A DNA stretch of 64,000 nucleotides, taken from contig JALNXB010000004.1 of assembly GCA_023230585.1 (NCBI GenBank), positions 10,196-74,195 on the forward strand. Reading direction: 5' to 3'. Shown in pieces: positions 48,460 through 57,680 of this stretch. Position numbers and translations under genes: made by a program. The notes beneath the pieces were generated by a model that did not search any database, was not told the DNA's origin, and was given only the letters and a program-made list of their open reading frames with translations. This DNA is from a bacterium (lineage in GTDB: Bacteria > Ratteibacteria > UBA8468 > B48-G9 > JAFGKM01). Each line of letters opens with the position of its first letter. Position 1 is the stretch's first letter.

Positions 48460-49457
48460 TTGTCTATCATTACAAAAATTTCTTTGAACCGCTCAACATA
48501 AGTCGGTCCATCTTTTAAAACTCTTTTATGCCCGTTTGCCAATATATTTTTTCTTATATCTTCATTTTCAAGATAATAGTTTAATTTCAAAATTAAATCT
48601 TCAAGACCTGTATATACAACTACCTCTTTACCGATATCAAAATAATCTTCTAAAGCAGGAACATAATTAGTTAATTGAAAACCACCAAAAGCAGGAATCT
48701 CAAAATTTCTCTGTTTTAACTGTTCAACTCTTTTATCCGATTTTAAAAACTCTTTAATATTTCTATAATGAGAAAATATATATCTTACATCATACGAAAC
48801 ACTATTAGATATATTTAAATTTATTCGAGATGTTAAGAAAATTTCGTTCATCTTTTCCCATTGAACAATTCCATTCTTCCAACCAACTCCAAAACATTCT
48901 ATATGAATTTTTTGCTTCTTTAATTGCTTTACCAACCACCCTCTAAAAGCACTGTACCCGCCAACAAAAGATATATCATATTGATATTTAACCCTATCAA
49001 AATCTAAAGTAGCAATATAACCACTTGAAGCACCTCTACTTAAAATAACGTTTTTATAACCTATACTTTTATATTTAGGTAAAGAATATTTATCAGTTGT
49101 AACACTATAAGTGAAATGGGGAGCATAATGTTTTGTAAAATTTTCAAACCTCCAATGGTCGTCCCAGAACCAATTTATAGTTGTATATTTTTCTTTAAGA
49201 ATATCAAGTGTTTCATAAGAGAATTCATCTCTCATTAGTATAAAAAGAATTATGTCTGGTTGTACCTTTTGTGAATATTCAATTAAAAGTTTCTGGAGTT
49301 CTTCTTTATTTTCTTTATAATCGTCCCACCAGAAAGGATAAACATCATACCCAAGTTGTTTTAGTGAGGAATACCAGCCACCACCCTTATATTCTATTGT
49401 TTCACCTCTGGATTTAATGCCATAATCGAAATGGAGAAAAACTGGTAGAATTTTCAT
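48456..49457 (-). CDS. CgeB/DUF3880-type glycosyltransferase-like protein
   Basis: ISFVGGYS...RGWLV and RNFEIPAFGGFQLTN resemble the CgeB-family C-terminal GT-B half. 333 aa. Confidence 0.55.
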   Translation of the reverse strand: MKILPVFLHFDYGIKSRGETIEYKGGGWYSSLKQLGYDVYPFWWDDYKENKEELQKLLIEYSQKVQPDIILFILMRDEFSYETLDILKEKYTTINWFWDDHWRFENFTKHYAPHFTYSVTTDKYSLPKYKSIGYKNVILSRGASSGYIATLDFDRVKYQYDISFVGGYSAFRGWLVKQLKKQKIHIECFGVGWKNGIVQWEKMNEIFLTSRINLNISNSVSYDVRYIFSHYRNIKEFLKSDKRVEQLKQRNFEIPAFGGFQLTNYVPALEDYFDIGKEVVVYTGLEDLILKLNYYLENEDIRKNILANGHKRVLKDGPTYVERFKEIFVMIDK

Positions 49458-50755
49458 TTAACTCCTTTTAAGAAGTTCTTAAACGTTTTTACCATATAAC
49501 TTAATTTTTCTTCAGTTAGCCCTGGGTATACCCCTACCCAAAAAAGGTTGTTCATTATTAGGTCAGTATTATTTAAGTTTCCAGATGTTCTACACTTTAT
49601 ATTTTTATAGGCAGGCTGTTTTATAAGGTTACCTCCAAAAAGCATTCTTGTTGCAACCTTCTTTTCTTCAAGGTGTTTAACAATATCTGCCCGTTGAAAA
49701 GGTACATCCTTATTTACCAGTAATGGAAATCCAAACCAGTTAGGTATCGCTTCTTTCTCCCATTTAGGTAACGTAAAAAACTCTTCATACTCTTTTAAGT
49801 TGGCATAAAGATACTCAAAATTCTTTTGGCGAGCTTTAATAAACATCGGAAGTTTATCCATCTGAGCCACCCCAATTGATGCCTGTAGATCTGTCATTTT
49901 AAGGTTATATCCAATATGAGAAAATATATATTTATGGTCATACCCAAAAGGCATATTTCCGTGTTGGGTGGAAAACCTATTGCCACAAGTATTATCAAAA
50001 CCCGGTTCACACCAACAGTCCCGCCCCCAATCTCTAAAAGAAAGGATAATTTTTTTAAGTAGTGGGGAGTTGGTCATAACCGCTCCGCCCTCTCCTGTTG
50101 TTATAATATGTGGTGGGTAAAAACTACAAGTTGAAACATCACCAAAGGTTCCAGTATACTTATTATTATATTTTGAGCCCAAACTATCACAATTATCTTC
50201 AATAAACCATAAGTTATATTTTTTTGATATTTCTGTTATTTTATTTAGATCTGCTGGATTTCCAAGTGTATGTGGAATAAAAATCGCTTTTGTCTTTTCT
50301 GTAATTGCTTCTTCAATAAGTGTGGTATCAATATTGTAAGAGCCAATCTTTACATCAAGAAAGACAGGTGTGAGGTTGTTCTGTATTATAGGATTTAGTG
50401 TAGTAGGAAACCCGCAAGAGGTAGTAATAACCTCATCTCCCGGTAGAAGTCTCTTTTCTTTTAATAAAGGAGATGTAAGAGCAGAAACAGCCAATAGGTT
50501 AGCAGATGAACCAGAATTAACAAGGATTGAGTACCTCAAACCAAGAAAACTTGATAACCTTTTTTCAAACTCTTTTGCATATTTTCCAGCAGTAAGCCAA
50601 AAATCAAGAGAAGCGTCAACAAGGTTGATTAACTCTTTTTCGTCATAAACCCTACCTCCATAATTAACATAACTTTTCCCGGGAATAAATTCATCTTGTT
50701 CTTTAAGTTCATAAAGTTCTTTAACCTTTTCGAGAATTTCTTTTTTTATCTTCAT
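49454..50755 (-). CDS. rfbH: CDP-6-deoxy-D-xylo-4-hexulose 3-dehydrase (E1, RfbH/DdhC/AscC type)
   Basis: Near-collinear with my recollection of Salmonella RfbH: GDEVITTSCGFPTT, FYPPHIITTGEGG (His in place of the PLP Lys), RDWGRDCWCEPGFDNTCGNRF. The C-X57-C-X1-C-X7-C spacing was counted by hand and is intact. Confidence 0.9.
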   Translation of the reverse strand: MKIKKEILEKVKELYELKEQDEFIPGKSYVNYGGRVYDEKELINLVDASLDFWLTAGKYAKEFEKRLSSFLGLRYSILVNSGSSANLLAVSALTSPLLKEKRLLPGDEVITTSCGFPTTLNPIIQNNLTPVFLDVKIGSYNIDTTLIEEAITEKTKAIFIPHTLGNPADLNKITEISKKYNLWFIEDNCDSLGSKYNNKYTGTFGDVSTCSFYPPHIITTGEGGAVMTNSPLLKKIILSFRDWGRDCWCEPGFDNTCGNRFSTQHGNMPFGYDHKYIFSHIGYNLKMTDLQASIGVAQMDKLPMFIKARQKNFEYLYANLKEYEEFFTLPKWEKEAIPNWFGFPLLVNKDVPFQRADIVKHLEEKKVATRMLFGGNLIKQPAYKNIKCRTSGNLNNTDLIMNNLFWVGVYPGLTEEKLSYMVKTFKNFLKGVK

Positions 50756-51666
50756 AATAGTCCAATAATTGTTTTGAATATTGCGTTAGCGGATAGATTA
50801 TGTTTTTCTCTCAAGTATTTATAGTCACCCACTTCTTTCACAAATATTTCAGAAATACCAATTCTTTTAAAAAGAACATTTCTACAAGAATAATCTGATA
50901 AAATTTCAGCAACTGCACTCCCCAATCCGCCATTTACACTATGTTCTTCAACGGTAAATATTGCTCTTGTTTCTTTCGTTGCTTTTAAAATGATTTCCTT
51001 GTCAATTGGCTTAACAGTGTGCATACTTATTACTCTTGAACTTATATTGCATTCTGTTAATTTTTCTGCAACCTTTATCACATTCTCAAGTATATCGCCT
51101 GTAGAAAAAATAGTAATATCTTTGCCTTCTTTTACTGTTATTCCTATACCTAATTTAAAGTTCTGTTTAGTTGAATAGATTGTTTCTCTGGCTCTTCCTA
51201 TTCTTATATATACTGGACCATTATGTTCAATTGAACGTCTTACAGTTAATTCCATTTCTAATGTATCAGCAGGAGAAACAACAACCATATTTGGAAGCAT
51301 TCTCATTATTCCAATATCTTCAATGGCATAATGGGTAAAACCTGCAGACCCATAAGCAAAGCCAGCTCCAACACCTACTAATTTTACATTAGTACTTTGA
51401 TAACATATATCGTTACGTATCTGTTCAAAACATCTCATAGTTAAAAATGGAATTATAGAATAAGCAAAAGCAATTTTTCCTGATAAAGCAAGCCCAGAAG
51501 CAATACCTATCATATTTTGCTCTGCAACACCTACATCAAAAAATCTTCTTGGAAATTGTTCCTTAAATTTTTCAAACACAGAAAAACCCAAATCTCCCGT
51601 AAGCAAGAAAATTTCCTTGTTTTCTCTTGACAGTTCCATAAGAGTATTAATAAATGTTTGTCTCAT
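50752..51666 (-). CDS. Transketolase, C-terminal (pyrimidine-binding) subunit
   Basis: FDVGVAEQNMIGIASGLA and HYAIEDIGIMRMLPNM. 304 aa. 4-nt overlaps with both neighbours. Confidence 0.87.
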   Translation of the reverse strand: MRQTFINTLMELSRENKEIFLLTGDLGFSVFEKFKEQFPRRFFDVGVAEQNMIGIASGLALSGKIAFAYSIIPFLTMRCFEQIRNDICYQSTNVKLVGVGAGFAYGSAGFTHYAIEDIGIMRMLPNMVVVSPADTLEMELTVRRSIEHNGPVYIRIGRARETIYSTKQNFKLGIGITVKEGKDITIFSTGDILENVIKVAEKLTECNISSRVISMHTVKPIDKEIILKATKETRAIFTVEEHSVNGGLGSAVAEILSDYSCRNVLFKRIGISEIFVKEVGDYKYLREKHNLSANAIFKTIIGLL

Positions 51667-52478
51667 TGTAATTCCAACTCCTGTAAAGCCGCTATTACCT
51701 CTTCCTGATTAGGTGATTTATAATGCCATTCAAGTTTATTTTCCATAAAAGAGACACCCTTCCCTTTTACTGTATGAGCAATAACCATACTTGGCTTATC
51801 TTTTTCAAAAGGAACCTTATCTAATGTCTCTATCAACTGCTTAAAATTATGTCCATCTACTTCTTTAACTGCCCAGCCAAAAGATTCCCACTTTTCTACA
51901 AACGGCTCCAAACCTATAACTTCATCAGTTGTACCAAACGCCTGTAGTTTATTATAATCAATAATAGCTACCAAGTTTTCCAATTTATGGTGTGCGGCAA
52001 AAAGTGCCCCTTCCCAAATAGAACCTTCATTGCACTCTCCGTCAGACATCAGTATAAACACGCGTGATTTTGTTTTGTCATACCTCATAGAAATTGCTAT
52101 TCCTATTCCAATTGGAAGACCGTGCCCCAAGGAACCAGCAGAAGTTTCAATACCGGGTACAATCCCTTTTGTGATATGTCCAAACAATTGCCCCCCATTA
52201 ATTGCATAAGTATCAAGAATTTTCTCTGAGAAAAAATTCCTTTTTGCCAAAGTAGCGTATAATGCACTGCAAGCATGCCCTTTGCTTAAAATAAATCTAT
52301 CTCTGTTGTTATCCTCTAGATTCTTAGGATTGATTTTTAAAATTTTGAAGTATAGAGTAACCAATATCTCGACACAAGAGAATGCCGAGCCGATATGAGA
52401 ACTTTTTGATTTAGCGTGCATAGAAAGTATTTTTTTTCTTATTTCTAATGCTAATTTCTTATAATCTTCTTTAGTCAT
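51663..52478 (-). CDS. Transketolase, N-terminal (ThDP-binding) subunit
   Basis: SHIGSAFSCVEIL, SKGHACSALYA, GSLGHGLPIGIG, SDGECNEGSIWEG. 271 aa. Confidence 0.87.
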   Translation of the reverse strand: MTKEDYKKLALEIRKKILSMHAKSKSSHIGSAFSCVEILVTLYFKILKINPKNLEDNNRDRFILSKGHACSALYATLAKRNFFSEKILDTYAINGGQLFGHITKGIVPGIETSAGSLGHGLPIGIGIAISMRYDKTKSRVFILMSDGECNEGSIWEGALFAAHHKLENLVAIIDYNKLQAFGTTDEVIGLEPFVEKWESFGWAVKEVDGHNFKQLIETLDKVPFEKDKPSMVIAHTVKGKGVSFMENKLEWHYKSPNQEEVIAALQELELQ

Positions 52479-52522
52479 TTATTTCGTTTCCCACAGTAGG
52501 TCAATTACATACTTTGATAGTT

Positions 52523-53494
52523 TCATAGTATATCTCCATTGGACACCTCACCTTCATACATTAAACTATTTTCTTTAAACCATATTAATGTTTTATTTAA
52601 CCCATTATCAAGACTGTGTTTAGGCTGCCAGTTTAAAATTTGTTCTGTTTTTGAAATATCTGCTTGCCAGATTTTTGGTTCAATTCTTGGATTTGAAACA
52701 GAACCCCATTTTGGTTTTATTTTCTTACCTGTTAAAAATAGAATTTTTTCTACAACTTCACCAACAGAATGCTGCAACCCTGAACCAATATTAAAAACAT
52801 CCGTATTCAACCTATCTTTCATATCTACTGCTTTTAGATATGCGTTGACTACATCTTCAATAAAAACAAAATCTCTGACAGAAGTTGGTGAAGAAACTTC
52901 GGGTGCAATATCTTTCAAGGAAGATAAAATTACTGATGGAATCAATCTTGTTGCTCCTTCATAATAACCATAAGGAGAAAATAATCGTAATGTTATCACA
53001 GGTAATCCAGTCCTAAATTTCATTTGACAAAACTGGGTTGCGAAAGCTTTTGAAATACCATAAGAAGAAAAAGGAGTTAAGGGAGAATCTTCTTTAATAG
53101 GTTCTTCTTTAACTCCATATTCAGATGAAGAACCTGTATTGATAAAAAGTTTAAACCCAACCTTTTCACAAGCTTCTATAAGATTAATTGTTCCAAGAAG
53201 ATTGGTATCTATGGTTTTTTTTAAATCTCTCTGATAAGGAAACCCGCCATAAACAGCTGTGTGGAATATTATTTCGGGGCGTATCGTTAAAACTAATTTT
53301 TCAACTGCTTGGTTATCTGTCAAATCGGCAGAAAATTCTGACACATCTTTAAGAATATCGTTTATTCTCCACTTGTTTGAAGTTGCACGGGTTAAAAGAT
53401 AAATATCTGCCCCTTTTTTCAGGCAACTTTTTACAAGGTTTGCCCCAACAAATCCTGTTGCGCCAGTAATTAACACTCTTTTATTTGTTAACAT
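52523..53494 (-). CDS. Extended SDR nucleotide-sugar reductase/epimerase
   Basis: VLITGATGFVGANL, YGISK YxxxK. 323 aa. Lies between the 4,6-dehydratase and the transketolase halves. Confidence 0.78.
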   Translation of the reverse strand: MLTNKRVLITGATGFVGANLVKSCLKKGADIYLLTRATSNKWRINDILKDVSEFSADLTDNQAVEKLVLTIRPEIIFHTAVYGGFPYQRDLKKTIDTNLLGTINLIEACEKVGFKLFINTGSSSEYGVKEEPIKEDSPLTPFSSYGISKAFATQFCQMKFRTGLPVITLRLFSPYGYYEGATRLIPSVILSSLKDIAPEVSSPTSVRDFVFIEDVVNAYLKAVDMKDRLNTDVFNIGSGLQHSVGEVVEKILFLTGKKIKPKWGSVSNPRIEPKIWQADISKTEQILNWQPKHSLDNGLNKTLIWFKENSLMYEGEVSNGDIL

Positions 53495-54452
53495 TTTTAA
53501 AATACCACAAAATAGTTTTTTTTAATCCGTCTTGAAGAGTGTATTTAGGTTGCCATTTTAAAATTCCTTTCGCTTTAGAGGAAGATAAATATTGGTCTTT
53601 TATTTCGCATTTTACTTCATTAAGAATTTTATAATTGGGCTCTTGTTTTGCTATCCTATATATTTCTTCCACAAGTTCAACCACAGATATAGGTTTTTCG
53701 TTACTAAAATTGAATGCTTCCCCTGCAAGATTCTCTCTGTTCAAGTTTTCTGCAAGCATAATATATCCTTCAACTATATCATCAATAAATATGTAGTCAC
53801 GAGTAAAAAGTCCGTTACTCCTAATTAAAAACTCTCTACTCAATATAGCACACCTAACAGCATCAGGTACAATACGAGAGAAATTATAGTCCCCGGGACC
53901 ATATATGTTTCCACAACGGGTAATAGCAACAGGTAAATCATAGGTTTGAAAATATGATTGAGAAAGCAGGTCAGCACAACTTTTTGAAACATCGTAAGGG
54001 TGTTGACCTTTTAAAGGTGAATCTTCTTTATATGGGAGTTGTTGTTCTCCGTATGCTTTGTCGCTTGAAGCAGTTATGACACAATTAACTGTATCAGATT
54101 GTCTACAAACCTCAAGAATATTCCAGGTTCCCTTTATATTAGATGAAAAAGCGTTAAGAGGTTTTTTTAAACATTCGCCAACGATAGCTTCAGCAGCAAG
54201 ATGAAATACAACCTGTATCTTGTTTTCTTTTATAATATTTTCAACAATTTTATATTCGCTTACACTTGCTTTTATAATAGTTATCTGGGCAAGATCTTTT
54301 TGGGTTAAAATAGTTTCTTTACGTTCTGTTATAATATCTATACCAAAAACATCCGCTCCCAAAGAAAGAAGTTTTTTGGTTAAGTGAGAACCCACAAACC
54401 CTTCGTATCCAGTTATTAAGACCTTTTTATCTTTCCAAAAAACCTTTGGCAT
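53481..54452 (-). CDS. CDP-glucose 4,6-dehydratase-like SDR
   Basis: FWKDKKVLITGYEGFVGSHL, SSDKAYGE, YDVSK. The track ORF begins at 54548, but that extension reads through repeat DNA. The internal Met at 54452 has AGGAG 7 nt upstream. Confidence 0.7.
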   Translation of the reverse strand: MPKVFWKDKKVLITGYEGFVGSHLTKKLLSLGADVFGIDIITERKETILTQKDLAQITIIKASVSEYKIVENIIKENKIQVVFHLAAEAIVGECLKKPLNAFSSNIKGTWNILEVCRQSDTVNCVITASSDKAYGEQQLPYKEDSPLKGQHPYDVSKSCADLLSQSYFQTYDLPVAITRCGNIYGPGDYNFSRIVPDAVRCAILSREFLIRSNGLFTRDYIFIDDIVEGYIMLAENLNRENLAGEAFNFSNEKPISVVELVEEIYRIAKQEPNYKILNEVKCEIKDQYLSSSKAKGILKWQPKYTLQDGLKKTILWYFKNVNK

Positions 54453-54471
54453 TAGTATCTCCTGTAAAAAA

Positions 54472-54580
54472 ACCTCTCCCCTTAATCCTTTCTTCCTGCA
54501 CACATTGTCATTTATGGAGCGGTGCAAAAACGAGATTGTCGCAGTCACAAAAAACGTTCCTTCGCAAAGACGGAGTGAGC
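54472..54580 (+). repeat. Degenerate repeat (B-head / F-tail like)
   Basis: CAAAAACGAGATTGTCGCAGTCACAAAAAACGTTCCTTCGCAAAGACGGAGTGAG resembles GAGATTGCCACGTTAAGAAACACTCGCAAAAACGGAATGG. It lies between rfbF and the 4,6-dehydratase gene. Confidence 0.5.
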
Positions 54581-54587
54581 AAAATTG

Positions 54588-55370
54588 TTACCATACTTTC
54601 CAAGGTGGTTCTTCTGATGCCCACAAATTCCTCAAAACATCCAACTCCCTTTGTGTATCCATACATTGCCAGAAACCATTATGTAAACAAACATTCAACT
54701 GATTATCTTTCACAAGATTTTCAAGTGGCTCTTTCTCAAGATAACACCTGTCATCATCCCATAAATATTCAAAAAATTCTTTATTGAAAACAAAAAAACC
54801 TCCATTAATAAAACTTTTTTTAACTTGAGGTTTTTCTCCAAATTTAACTACTTGGTCATCTTTTATTAGCAGTTCACCAAATCTTGAGGAAGGATGCACT
54901 CCGGTAATTGTCCCAATTTTTTTATGAGATTTATGGTATTCCAACAAATCTTTTATATTTATATCAGCTACGCCGTCACCATAAGTAAGCATAAAAATAT
55001 CGTCATTCTCAACATACTTCTCAATCCTCTTAACCCTTGCACCTGTCTGGGCTTTTTCACCTGTATCAGCAAAGGTAATTTTCCAATTTTTTTCATAAGA
55101 TTTGGTATAGGTTTTTATATTATTACTTCCCAATTTTAATGTAAAATCTGAGTTCATTATCTCATAATTAAGAAAATATTCTTTTATCATCTTACCTTTA
55201 TATCCAAGACAGAGTATAAAATCATCAAAACCATAGTGGGCATATATCTTCATTATATGCCAAAGGACAGGCATCCCACCAACCTCAACAAGAGGTTTAG
55301 GGCGAAACTCTGTTTCTGCCTCCATTCGTGTGCCTCTACCGCCACATAGAATCACTACTTTAGATTTCAT
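54588..55370 (-). CDS. rfbF: Glucose-1-phosphate cytidylyltransferase
   Basis: KVVILCGGRGTRM..RPKPLVEVGGMPVLWHIMKIYAHYGFDDFILCLGYKG is classic RfbF. I use the start at 55370 (MKSKVVIL), which forms an ATGA overlap with the fcl stop; the track start is 55397. Confidence 0.88.
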   Translation of the reverse strand: MKSKVVILCGGRGTRMEAETEFRPKPLVEVGGMPVLWHIMKIYAHYGFDDFILCLGYKGKMIKEYFLNYEIMNSDFTLKLGSNNIKTYTKSYEKNWKITFADTGEKAQTGARVKRIEKYVENDDIFMLTYGDGVADINIKDLLEYHKSHKKIGTITGVHPSSRFGELLIKDDQVVKFGEKPQVKKSFINGGFFVFNKEFFEYLWDDDRCYLEKEPLENLVKDNQLNVCLHNGFWQCMDTQRELDVLRNLWASEEPPWKVW

Positions 55371-56302
55371 TTGTCCTCCATATTTTTTCGGTACCAATCA
55401 ATTGTTTTTTCAAGTCCTTCGTCTAAAGAGATAGACGGGTTCCACCCTAAGTTAAGAACTTTTGTAACGTCAAGCAATTTACGTGGAGTTCCGTCTGGTT
55501 TGCTAGTATCAAATTTTATTTCACCTTTATACTCTGTTATCTTCCTTATTTTTTGCACAAGTTCCTTAATTGTAAGATCAACCCCTACCCCTACATTTAT
55601 AATTTCATTTGAATTATATACATCCATCAAGAAGACCAAACACTCGGCAAGGTCGTCGATATATAAAAACTCTCTCCTTGCTTTCCCAGTACCCCATATT
55701 TCAACAAAAGGTAGATTATCTTTTTGAGCTTTACAAAACTTCATAATTAAAGCAGGTATAACGTGAGAATCCTGCAAATTAAAATTGTCATAAGGACCAT
55801 AAAGATTAGTAGGCATTACGCTTATAAAGTTGGTGTTAAATTGCCTGTTATATGCTTGGCACATTTTAATACCTGCAATCTTTGATATAGCATATGGTTC
55901 ATTGGTAGGTTCAAGGGTATCTGTCAAAAGGTACTCTTCTTTAATAGGTTGTTTAGCAAATTTTGGATAAATACAAGAACTTCCAAGAAAAAGCAGTTTT
56001 TTAACCCCGTGTTTATATGAAGAATTGATAATATTTGTTTGTATTGATAAGTTATCATATATAAAGTCAGCAGGGTAGTTTGAATTTGCAAGTATTCCAC
56101 CAACTTTTGCTGCAGATAAGAAAACATAATCAGGTCTTTCTTTCTTAAAAAAGTTATCAACTAAAACCTGTTTTCTTAAATCCATCTGTTTACTTGTCTT
56201 AAATACCAGATTATTATAACCGTTAGATTTCAAGTATCTTAATATACTGCTTCCAACAAGTCCTCTATGACCCGCTATATAGATTTTATCTTTTTTTTCC
56301 AT
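55367..56302 (-). CDS. fcl: GDP-L-fucose synthase (GDP-4-keto-6-deoxymannose 3,5-epimerase/4-reductase)
   Basis: IYIAGHRGLVGSSI, SSCIYP, YAISK. 311 aa. Downstream of gmd. Confidence 0.9.
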   Translation of the reverse strand: MEKKDKIYIAGHRGLVGSSILRYLKSNGYNNLVFKTSKQMDLRKQVLVDNFFKKERPDYVFLSAAKVGGILANSNYPADFIYDNLSIQTNIINSSYKHGVKKLLFLGSSCIYPKFAKQPIKEEYLLTDTLEPTNEPYAISKIAGIKMCQAYNRQFNTNFISVMPTNLYGPYDNFNLQDSHVIPALIMKFCKAQKDNLPFVEIWGTGKARREFLYIDDLAECLVFLMDVYNSNEIINVGVGVDLTIKELVQKIRKITEYKGEIKFDTSKPDGTPRKLLDVTKVLNLGWNPSISLDEGLEKTIDWYRKNMEDK

Positions 56303-56312
56303 CTTGTTTCTA

Positions 56313-56492
56313 CCATTCCTTTTTTGACTTCGGCGAGTCTTATCCCGAGTACCCCCGAGGGAATTGCAACGTTACGAAACCCCTCCTACGCTAAAATACA
56401 AGCTTCGGCGGATAAACCTCATCCCATTAACTTCTCTGTAAACCCCTGAAGACTCACTATCCCAAGAGCCTATAGGGTAGAGGGAGAACGGG
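56313..56492 (+). repeat. Composite intergenic repeat (F-head, D fragment, E)
   Basis: CCATTCCTTTTTTGACTTCGGCGAG..., CCCCTCCTACGCTAAAATACAAGCTTCGGCGGATAAACCTCATCCCATTAACTTCTCTGTAAACCCCTGAAGACTCACTATCCC. It lies between gmd and fcl. Confidence 0.85.
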
Positions 56493-56498
56493 AAAAAA

Positions 56499-57542
56499 CT
56501 ATGAGACCTTTGTCCAGTTAAAATTTTCTTTTTCAACTATTTTAATACCTTCACCTACCGGTTTTAACCCTACTTCCACCATATCATAATCAACCATTAT
56601 TTTTATAAGTTCTTCAAACCTAATACGAGGTTTCCACTTTAACTCCTTTTTTGCTTTCTCTATATCAGCGATAAGATCATTGACCTCTTTAGGACGAAAA
56701 TAGGTTGGGTCTATCTTTACATATTTTTTCCAATCAAGGTTTGCGTAAGAGAAAGATTTTTCTACAAACTCCTCAACAGAATGAGATTCACCTGTACCTA
56801 TAACAAAGTTATTAGGTTTTTCTTGTTGAAGAATAGCCCACATAGCTTCAGCATATTCAGGAGCAAACCCCCAATCTCTTTTTGCTTTAAGATTACCTAA
56901 ATATAGGAAATCCTGTTCTCCTTTAAGAATTCGTGCAATAGCTCGAGTGATTTTACGGCTTACAAAAGTTTCTCCTCTCCTTGGAGATTCGTGGTTAAAT
57001 AAGATACCATTACATATAAAAAGGTTGTATGAATCTCGGTAATTTTCTGCTATCCAGTAGGAATAAACCTTTGCTATTGCGTAAGGACTACAAGGTTTAA
57101 AAGGGGTGTTTTCGTTTTGAGGTGGCGGCGAATCTCCAAACATCTCGCTACTACTTGCTTGGTAAAATTTTGTTTTTATACCGCTTCGTCTTACTGCTTC
57201 CAAAAGACGGGTTGTCCCAAGCCCAGTAATATTACCGGTATATTCAGGCATATCAAAACTAACTCTTACATGACTCTGAGCTCCAAGGTGGTATATTTCT
57301 GAAGGTTTAATATTATAAATAAGGTTATCCAGTTGAGCACTATCGCTCATATCTCCGTAATGAAGAAAAAGGCGAGTGTCTGGAGAATGAAAATCAGAAA
57401 ATATATGGTCAATTCTAACAGTGTTAAAAGTGCTTGCTCTACGAATAATACCGTGGACTTCGTATCCTTTTTTTAGTAGAAATTCTGCAAGGTAACTGCC
57501 GTCTTGACCTGTTATGCCAGTAATTAACGCTTTTTGTCTCAT
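56499..57542 (-). CDS. gmd: GDP-mannose 4,6-dehydratase
   Basis: [50 protein letters not shown]. 347 aa. Confidence 0.95.
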   Translation of the reverse strand: MRQKALITGITGQDGSYLAEFLLKKGYEVHGIIRRASTFNTVRIDHIFSDFHSPDTRLFLHYGDMSDSAQLDNLIYNIKPSEIYHLGAQSHVRVSFDMPEYTGNITGLGTTRLLEAVRRSGIKTKFYQASSSEMFGDSPPPQNENTPFKPCSPYAIAKVYSYWIAENYRDSYNLFICNGILFNHESPRRGETFVSRKITRAIARILKGEQDFLYLGNLKAKRDWGFAPEYAEAMWAILQQEKPNNFVIGTGESHSVEEFVEKSFSYANLDWKKYVKIDPTYFRPKEVNDLIADIEKAKKELKWKPRIRFEELIKIMVDYDMVEVGLKPVGEGIKIVEKENFNWTKVS

Positions 57543-57617
57543 TTTTCTCCAAAGTTTATTAATATTGTTTAATATATTTTAAACAAATTAAACTATTTTG
57601 TCAAGAGATGAGGGAGA

Positions 57618-57678
57618 ATAAAACGAGATTTGGACCAAGCCCGGAATTACATATAGGGGTAGTCTCATCTTTTATCCC
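57618..57678 (+). repeat. Degenerate modules B and G
   Basis: ATAAAACGAGATTTGGACCAAGCCCGGAATTACATATAGGGGTAGTCTCATCTTTTATCCC, compared with 23722-23800. Confidence 0.65.
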
Positions 57679-57680
57679 TT

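Noticed and set aside
52539-52964. Long antisense ORFs inside well-supported genes: 52539..52964, 62530..62946, 7184..7594, 9573..9953, 55371..55727, 10171..10461 and others
   Set aside because: Each lies wholly within a gene with strong family motifs on the other strand, and their composition is typical of shadow frames.
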